Source of the DNA: Geosiphon pyriformis uo1
Taxonomy: Eukaryota > Fungi > Glomeromycota
Length of the DNA stretch: 64,000 bases
NCBI GenBank assembly: GCA_016748015.1
Contig: JAAOMT010000512.1
Location: 398,180 to 462,179 of the forward strand
Direction: 5' to 3'
Each line of letters opens with the position of its first letter. The first letter of the stretch is position 1. The notes below the pieces were generated by a model that was given only the letters and a program-made list of their open reading frames with translations, had not been told where the DNA came from and searched no databases. This document shows, piece after piece, positions 55,001 to 64,000 of the stretch. A program made the translations under genes and the position numbers.

Positions 55001-57599
55001 TTCTATTTTCCTATAAAATTGATAAATATGTAACTGATTTTATTTTTTGAATTTTTAAACTTATTTATTTGAAAATTGTATTTTATTTTCGTGCATATTA
55101 AAAAGTTTGGCAAATTTTTTTTTCTTTTTAATTAGTTAATTATTAAATTTAATAGTAACTGCAGTTATTTGTTCTACTTAATAACTTAAAGTTTGGTTTA
55201 ATAATAGAAATTTAATATTTTTGTGTTAAATAAATCTTTTTAAGATTTTATTAATTTTAATATTCAATCACTTTATATGTTTTTTGATTATCTTAAAAAT
55301 AATTGGACAAGAAATATAAAGTTTTAGATATTTATAATTAAAATAAGCTACAATATTATTATGTTTTATGCCATAATAATTTTTAGAATATTGATAAATT
55401 TTTTTATAAAAAGTATTATTAACTGCTGCTTATTTTTGTTTTTTGAATAAAAATTCTAATATTGTAATAATTTGACAAGTTTATTAAAAATGTGTCTATA
55501 ATAATAATATTAAATTTAATTTTAGCAAGCCTAAATTAAAATACAATAGAAACTAAGTAACTTTATATGAAAATAAACAAAATTAAAAAGAATAAGTTCA
55601 ATATAAATTAATTTAAAAAATCAATTCAATATATTTTAACTTTTTTTCCAATTATTAATTAAAATTTAACACATGATATTTGTTCTTATATAAAGATAAA
55701 TTTCGAATAAATATTTAATAAAATTATGTTTTTGTTTTTTTATAGATTGTTTTTATATAAAAAAAAATTGTTAATTAATTAATTAATTTTATAAAAAAAT
55801 GTTTTTTGTAAGAAGTAATTTTTTTATTTGACTGTATTAATTAAATTAATTATTAATAAATTATTTTAAATCAAATATGACAATAAATTTAAAAAACTAT
55901 TTATGTATTTATCAAATTTTTAAATAAAAGACAATATTTATTAAAATATAATTAATACCAAAAAAAATTTTCTAAAATTATTTATAAAAAAAATTTTTTT
56001 TGTTTAAATAAAGTATTTTTAAATAAATAATATTTATTAATTATTAAGATATTAATTAAATTAAATAATATAAAATTACATTTTTAGTTTTTATAATAAA
56101 TAATAAATATAGTTTATTTATAATTTTTAAATTTAAATTTATTTGTTAATATTTATTAATAAAATTAAAAATTAAAAATTAAAAATTATTTTTTATGTTT
56201 AATTAAGTCAATTTTTTTAAATTTATTTATTTTAGGCAAAAATATTAAGAATTAAAGTTTTAAGATTGAATTTATTAATTTTTTATAATATAAATTTGCA
56301 ATATTTTATTAATAATATTTATAGAAAAAAAAAATATAAAAAGATTTAATAAAAATTAAAAATTGGTTAAAATATTAAAAAAAGTTTTTTTATTTAAGAG
56401 CCAAAATAGTCAAAAATAATATTAACAAAAATATAAATAGTGTCTTTAGAAGTATTATAAATTAAAATTTTTAATAAAATAGTTAAGTCTGGTTTAAAAA
56501 TTAAGATTTGGTTTTTAATTTTATATTTAATTTTAAAAAAATAAGTTTTAAATAATAAATAATAAATTAGATAATTAATTAATAAATTTATTTATTATAT
56601 TTTATATATATATAATTAAATCGAAGATTATTATTTTTAATAAATTTAAAACTTTAAAATTTTTTTTAACAATTAATTATTATATTAAAAAATTGATTTT
56701 GTAATTTTAACAGTTAATATATAATAAATTTTAGTTTTATTATGTAAATAAAATTCTAATTTTTCTTATAACTTTAATTATAAATAATTTTGAAAAAAAC
56801 CTTTTTTTTTGTAAATTTAATTTTTTGTTAAAAATAGCAGCATACTAACAAGTAATATTATATAATTTTTTTATATTTAAATATATTAACTTATTTGTAT
56901 TTATTAAAAAAAATATTTTTTTTTTTACAAACAAAATATGATGTTTATTTTATTTTTTTTATATTATTTAAGTTTATACAATAATTAAAAATAAATTTGA
57001 AATTTTGATAAAAAATATTTGTTTTAATAAATTGTATTTATTAAAAGTATTAAAACGTTAACCTATTATTTTTGATATATTTTTTGAAAAAAGTAATTTT
57101 TTTTTTATATATTTTGTATAATACTGTTTTTAGTCTTAACACTATTATTTTAATAAAATTTGTGGCAAATTTTTATTAATAATAATAACAATAATAACAA
57201 TAATAATAATAATAATAATAATTTTTGTTATTTAGTTTAAATATTAGATGTTGCAAAAAATGTATTTGATTTTGCACAAAAAAAAAATTTCCAATAAAAA
57301 AGATTTAATTTTAGATTTACTTTGATTTATTAAAAAAATAAATTTGAATTTAAAAATCAGGTTAATTGATCAAAAAAAAAGGTGAAACCAGGCCGAATGA
57401 TTCATTCAAATCGTGCATAAAAGTAACAATTCGGAAGCATATAACCCGAACCGCATATCTCAATCCTTTTAATGAATGATTAGCTGAACATGGAAATTTT
57501 GACCTATGGTTGAAAACCGGGGCAGCATTATGTTGTAAACTGGTAGCACGACTTTTGTTTAATACATAATTAATATTTGAAGAAAGTACCTAATGTAAG

Positions 57600-58104
57600 G
57601 TATGGGTAAAAACCTTCAGCCACTTTTTAAACTTTATTATTATTATTATTATTATTTATTATTTATTATTTATTATTATTTATTATTTATTATTTATTAT
57701 TTATTATTATCATCATTTTTAAAAGGAAAAACCTGTTTTCAAAGAACAACAATAAAGAATATATTTTAACAACGATCATTTGAATTGTCTATGATTACCA
57801 AGACCCATTTAAATAAATGAAATTATATCGTGGTTTTCAGTTTCGGTAAGAGTAAGTTACTTGGCACTGTTTATTTATAATATTATAAGATGTCAATGAT
57901 GATGATTATGATGATGATTTACCGAGAAACGACTTGAAGAGTGTTTATAGTAAAGCCTTTTGAATCACGGAATTCTTTTCCTTCATAGGGAAAGAGTTTC
58001 GAAACTGAATGAAAATTAAATTAGATGCAAAAAAAGAAAGTAAACTAAAACCAAAAAGAAACGATAAAAAGGAAAAAGATTGTTTTCGGGACAAAAGAAA
58101 TATA

Positions 58105-58156
<52 letters not shown>

Positions 58157-58473
58157 AAAATAAAAAGAAAGGACAAAAACGTTTTAAAAAAAATAAATTT
58201 TTTAAGGTTCTGGAATAATAGTCTCCTTTTTTTTACTAGTATTATTTTATTTATGAGAAAAAAACTTTATTTTTTTCAAAATAAAAATAAAATAAAATAA
58301 AATAAAAATCTAATAAAATAAAATAGAATAAAATAAAAAAAATCCAATACAAATAAAAAATGGTGATATAATATAAAAAAAATTCCGAAAAGCATTTTTT
58401 TTTTAAAAAAAGATACTTTGTTGTTGGATAAATAGGGTTTTTTTTTGTTTTCTTTATTCTATGATTGCATTGA

Positions 58474-58529
<56 letters not shown>

Positions 58530-60281
58530 CAATCCATCAAATGACAATAGGATAACTTATAGGATCGGCCTTTTTCTTTTCTTAAAGCTTGTGAAAATGC
58601 GGGAATCATGTTTCGGAATTTGGGAAATGGGTGGTTAGGGTTTTAATACTGTAACCTGAATATTTCATTTTAAAAATAATGATTTATTATCTATATGTGT
58701 GCTATTTATGCATATATTTATTTATGTATATTTTAAAATATTTCGTATTGTAAAAAATAAATTTTTTTTTCCGAAAATATTAAATCTGAATTTTGTCAAA
58801 CACTGTAAAGTCTTGAATCATTCTCACGCTTATTCATTCTAAAATCTTTGAAAGTGGAAAAAAAAATTTATTGAGCCCACAATAATAAAAAAAAGCCTAA
58901 TTTTGATTCATCAAATCAAAAATATCTTTTAATTTTACACAAAAAATCCATTCAACATAGTACTCACACACACAAGATTTCTCTTTCTCATACACAAAAA
59001 ACCATTCAGAAGAGAAACTATTTCCAATTTTCTTGAACTCTTTGAGACAAATCACTTAAAATTCTTTCTTTTTCTTTTTCTTTTTCTTCTTATTCCTTTT
59101 CATACAATCTGAATTACACCACACCATATCACACTTACATACAATCAAGACTTTGAAAATAATTGTTAAAAAATAAGAGAATAACGAGAATGATTAATTA
59201 AAGCCGTGTGTATTTTTGTGTGTGTTTGTGTATATATGTGTGTATGTACGTGCGTTCGTGTGTTTCGACGTGTGTATATGTACGTACAGACGAGTGACAC
59301 GATTTTTTCAAAAATAAAAAAAATGATAACGATTATTTTTACCCGAAAAACAAATGTCAACCAATAAGTCCTATAAATATTTCTTTTTATGACGTATTAG
59401 CATCTAGTTAATAAATTAAAAAGAATTTTTACTGGATAGAATAACATTATATCCCAGTAAAAGACTACATTGCCTACTCCCAAGTCAGTCTCTTGTTCGT
59501 GTGGCTTTCGATTTTTAATGAACCGAATTTTTAATTTCTCCCGATAATATGAATTTCAATAATAAATCTTGGACCACTATTATTTCTTTTTTAAATCATA
59601 ATCAGTACATTTTGTTAATTCTAATTGTTCAAAACAATTTTTAACACACAAGTACCAGACCATCCAATCCAATCCAATCCAATCATGCAGGCAATTTTTA
59701 CGGCGGACCATGCCTTCTTTCTTGAATATTTTTATCGTATAACATTTATTTTTATTAAAATCTTTTTGGAGACCCATTTGTGTATACATATCAAATAATA
59801 AATTAAACAAAGACGAAATGTCTTGTTATTAAAAATTAACTACGCAAATGCAATTTTAAGGTTGTTAGTATTGCTGCAATCTTTAAAAATTCTTTTTACG
59901 ATCTTTGAGAAAATCGTACTAATTTTGTGTCACCCCATTTGTACGTGCGGCAATTTTGATTTTTAATATTCGATGTTTTGACATGAAGATGATGAAGATG
60001 AAGGAAGATGAAGGAAGATGATTAGTTGTTGTTGTTGTTGTTGTTGTTGTTTTGGTTTTGTTTGATTGATGTCTATGAAGATGAAAGATGATTGCATACA
60101 TTTAGGAAAAGGTTCTTTTTTTCCAAATGACATAACATCAGCACACTTCAAAGAATGATTATTATTATGATTATTGTGATTATGATGGTTGATACACGAG
60201 ACTCACGCCACCACTAATAGAACGAAAAGTGTTTTTTTATCACATTATCCGACATAATCTATTCAAATAACTTTTTTTAAA

Positions 60282-60316
<35 letters not shown>

Positions 60317-60471
60317 CCCATAGATGATAATACCATTGAAATTTCATAATCAAAAAACAGGTTTTTCAAAATTTTGGGATTTAGTAGACACAAACAAAAT
60401 ACCATTTTTGGCAATTAAAAACTGACAAAATTTTTACCACACAGGATTTATAACTAGTAACAAACATCAAC

Positions 60472-60506
<35 letters not shown>

Positions 60507-61631
60507 AGAAAATAACCAACAAAATCAAACACTGTTTGATGATTGATGTTGATGTTAACACAGGCTTAGGATCATGATACTCCTGGAATCCAGGAAATTT
60601 ACTCGGTGGGTGAATTGTTACACTACATCATATTGAGACTAATTTAGGCAATAATAATGTGACTGACAACAAAGTTTGAAAACTGGTAAACAGTTAAGAA
60701 TGATATTAGGATTAAGTTTTGGTACTACTTTGATATGGAAGAACTTTGGTCAACTTTTTCAACTTTTTTTTTTTCTATTTTTTGCCAAGCAACAAGTTTC
60801 ATGTATAGTTTTCTTCTTTACCATCACGATGAAAATCTAAATTAAATTTGGGTTTCTCTCCTCTCTTTTTCTCTCTTCATTCTTCTAATTGAATACAATT
60901 ACACATACAGGGCTAACTACATCTACCTGAATCGAATCTACCGGCTTTTCGAATTACCTGTTTATTTTATAGGACGCAAACAAGGAAATCATCCTAGTAA
61001 AACTTTTTTTTTATGCGTAATGAAGTTTGAAATGTTATCAAATGATCAAAATGGTAATAAAAAAATGATTCTCGATTTCGGAATCCGAATCGTAGATTTT
61101 TATCGTGGCCAGACTAGGGTTTGAGGCGTTTTATTAAAGTTTTAAGGCAATTCAGGCCCCGTGGGAGAATCATTGATAATGCTGATGATGATGATGATCA
61201 TCATCATTAATGGAAAGCAGTTTTACCCAAAACTCGTTTTTGGCATCATCATCAACGAGGAAAGAGAAGGTTGATTCATTTTTGTTAGGGCTGAGCATAT
61301 CAAAATGATTAACTGTCAAAAGGGTTAAGATTAAATTTCCCAATGATCATTTTTGAACATTTGAGAAAGATGGTAAAGTTGGACAATTAAAATTATAATA
61401 ATAATAATAATAATAATAATGAAGCAAAAGGGGATTCATGATGTAATTTCTTGAGGATTGATTTTTAAAATCGGGTCAAATATATCATCCCATTCTCTTC
61501 ACTTTTTTGATTTCCGATTTCAAAGAAAGAAAATAAAAAGCGTTCTATGAGAAAAATCTTTTTTTAAATGTCGTAAGCATCATCACGATATTTTCCAAAA
61601 TTATAATCAGTATTATTATCATTATTATTAA

Positions 61632-61671
<40 letters not shown>

Positions 61672-61808
61672 TAATGGATTTCTAATTTTGCGGATATTTT
61701 CTATCTTAGGATTTGATATCACAAGGTCATTTGATCTAAGGTTTTCCAGGGTCCTACAACAACAACAACAGATGTAAACTATAAATATCCCAAAAAGAAT
61801 GGATATGA

Positions 61809-61839
<31 letters not shown>

Positions 61840-63277
61840 GTGTGTGTGTGTGTAATTCCATTACATGTATGGAAAGAAATTTGGGAAATGTAGCACCTGT
61901 TATATATGAATGAAAAGATATCAAAAACTCGAAAATCGGATTTTGATTCAGGATCAAGATCAGAGAGAGAGAAAGGAAAAGGAAAAGAAAAAGAAAAAAG
62001 GAAAAAGAAGAACGGTAAAACCATAAAAAAACTCCCAATTCATTCAATCAATCAATCAATCAATCAATTCTCTTATCTTTATTCGGAATTTTTAAAACCA
62101 TCCATAATAATCGAGTTAAAAAAGATTTGATTTAGATTTTAACTTTTTAGATCTTCGGATCCAACTTTTAATGTTCCATGACATCTTAATGAGTTTATTT
62201 TCAAAGTTAAGCCTAGATTGCATTTTATTATTATTATTATTAAAAACATTATTCATTCAGTTCTTTATCTTTTAATTCGTTCTCTTTAGACCCCCTAGCT
62301 TATTTCCTTTCCTTTCCTTTCCTTTTCCTTTTCCTTTTCTTCCTTCTCATCATTAATGGTAATTCCAGCCCTTTGACATGACCGAGATACATGATTACAC
62401 ATTCATTACATGTACATTTATCATTTCACATTCAATGATACGTGGGAGAGATGCCCCAAAAATCAAAAAAGAATTTAATTAAATATTTTTTTAACCAAGC
62501 CATTGATAGTATCAACTTAAACTTTAAAATAAAATAAAAGAAAAAAGACCAATTAAACTATATTGTCATTCATCGTTAATCCAATGACTAAAAAAGACTA
62601 AAAAAGTTTTTACCATTTTTCATCATCATCATCATCACCATCATCATCAACCTTTTTGGATTCACGAATGACCCATTTTAAAAAATAAAATAAAATAAAA
62701 TAAACTCACTTCAAAACGTGTTTTCCTGTTCCATCCATCCATGCACATGTATGTAAAGAAATACCGCCCGAACATCACATAATTTTAATTAAAAAATTCT
62801 GATTATTATTATTATTATTATTATTATATTATTATTTGATGATTGATAATGATTGAGGTTTTTAATAATTGTGAATTGTGAATTGTTTGAATTTTTGGTA
62901 ATTTTCTTTCCTTTTTTTTATTTATTTATTTATTTATTTATTTTATTATTATTATTAATTTTGATTTGATTTTGATATGATATGATTGATGCTTAATTGT
63001 GCTTGGGGCTAATTTGATTCTTGGTGAACCTTCATTTTGGCTGTTAATGGGGTAATAGATTATGTGTAAATTGATAGCAATTTTTTATTTCTCTTTTAAT
63101 GCTTCTCATTTTTCTTATTGTGATGATCGGTTCGGGTTTCTTTTTATTTTTAAAAAAAAAATAATTTCCAAGCTTTCTCTTACACGACAACAACATTTTC
63201 TCCTGAATCTTGTCTGCTTCCTTGATTGACTGAGGCACAAATCATCATTGAACCACAGTAACAAGAACAAGAACAAG

Positions 63278-63310
<33 letters not shown>

Positions 63311-64000
63311 ATAATTACAATAAATAACAACAACGACGGCAACGACGGCAACAGCAATAACAACATAATAATAATAATAATAACCATAATAATAACCATA
63401 ATAATCGACCTGAAAATTAACAAAAATTCTGTAAGTGATCGGTTTTTTTTTAAAAAAGGATGCTGGTTGCTGTTGTACCACATGTACTTGTATGTATTAC
63501 TATAGAAGGTACTGTAAAAATCTCCTCGATGACGAAGTGCATTAAAATCTCATGATAGTTGGCGAAGGAGTAAAAGAAACTTGCGGATAAATTATGAAGA
63601 TGATTTCGTTTCTCAAAACTACCATTAATATGATAGATCTACAAACTTTACATGGGTAAACGCTTTTTTATCATCATATATTCTGATACCGAGCAAAATT
63701 TATTTTTTTATACGTATAGTAATCTTTTTTGGGACATTTTAATATCATCCTTGTTATTGTTGTTGTTGGTTGTTGTTGTTATTGTTGCTGCTGCTGCTGC
63801 TGCTGTTATTGAAATTGGATGTTCACCCGACCCCTATGCATTGAGAATTGTATGTAATATATTTATAGAAACATTTATATATATTTTTATTTTACATTGA
63901 GAGAAAAAGGGGAATCGGAATAAATCTAAAGATAAATATGAATATAAATATGTTTTGTTTTAATGAATATTTAAAGTTTTTTTTTTTTTTTTTTTTTTTT
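57600..64000. repeat. Microsatellite-rich non-coding region
   Basis: (TAT)n, (GAAA)n ~58106-58157, A52 58475-58526, (GTT)n, (CAA)n, (ATT)n, (TGTATG)n, (CAT)n, (GCT)n. Most ORF-track hits here are repeat-derived low complexity and none resembles a known protein; CpG is present at ordinary frequency. Confidence 0.85.

Larger units (their letters stand above)
44100..57300. mobile_element. 13-kb AT-rich block of nested, hypermutated transposon relics
   Basis: Sampled lines (47341, 52021) have 4 G+C per 60 nt; only a few CpG outside the young TIR insert. Internal dispersed repeats (~46850-47450 resembles ~52360-52950; ~45080-46560 is inverted to ~19700-21180); 37-nt A run at 51967-52003. Confidence 0.75.

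Noticed and set aside
44100-57300. Mitochondrial insertion or AT-rich endobacterial DNA
   Set aside because: No organellar or bacterial genes, tRNAs or long ORFs; the recognisable remnants are nuclear retroelements.
58633-58645. Telomere-like TTAGGG motif
   Set aside because: A single unit with no tandem array.
58009-63900. Numerous 60-120 aa ORFs (poly-F, poly-N, poly-Q, poly-V, HTHT)
   Set aside because: Mostly translations of simple sequence repeats with no domain signal or splice-consistent continuation.

Overview
Eukaryotic (fungal) nuclear DNA with short GT-AG introns. The gene content, the TKL-type kinase relic and the retroelement families point to Glomeromycotina; from memory the retroelement peptides most resemble repeats of Geosiphon pyriformis, which is unverified. 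Composition is strongly two-state. Gene islands of ordinary composition (about 6.5-19.1 kb and 22.4-44.1 kb) carry CDC48, DML1/misato, an F-box gene, NPC2, a four-TM protein, a TSNG-repeat type II membrane protein, CAND1, a kinase pseudogene, a RING/TRAF-zinc-finger gene and CHS7. They alternate with CpG-depleted blocks of dead transposons (about 1-6.5, 19.1-22.3 and 44.1-57.3 kb; sampled 60-nt lines in the latter two are 7-12% GC) containing LINE ORF1/ORF2, a complete pogo-like element and Ty3/gypsy gag-protease. The main signal is that these relics decayed almost only by C->T/G->A changes, many outside CpG, which resembles repeat-induced point mutation (RIP) in a lineage where RIP is not established. 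The window has an internal control: a 40-bp, TSD-flanked, unmutated LINE tail (21340-21379) aligns without gaps to the mutated LINE tail at 2023-2065. A young 997-bp TIR element with a possible spliced cargo ORF sits inside the gypsy relic and contains an exact Tn5 mosaic-end (Nextera adapter) sequence, most likely an assembly artefact. The last 6.7 kb is microsatellite-rich non-coding DNA. No rRNA, tRNA or CRISPR array was seen.
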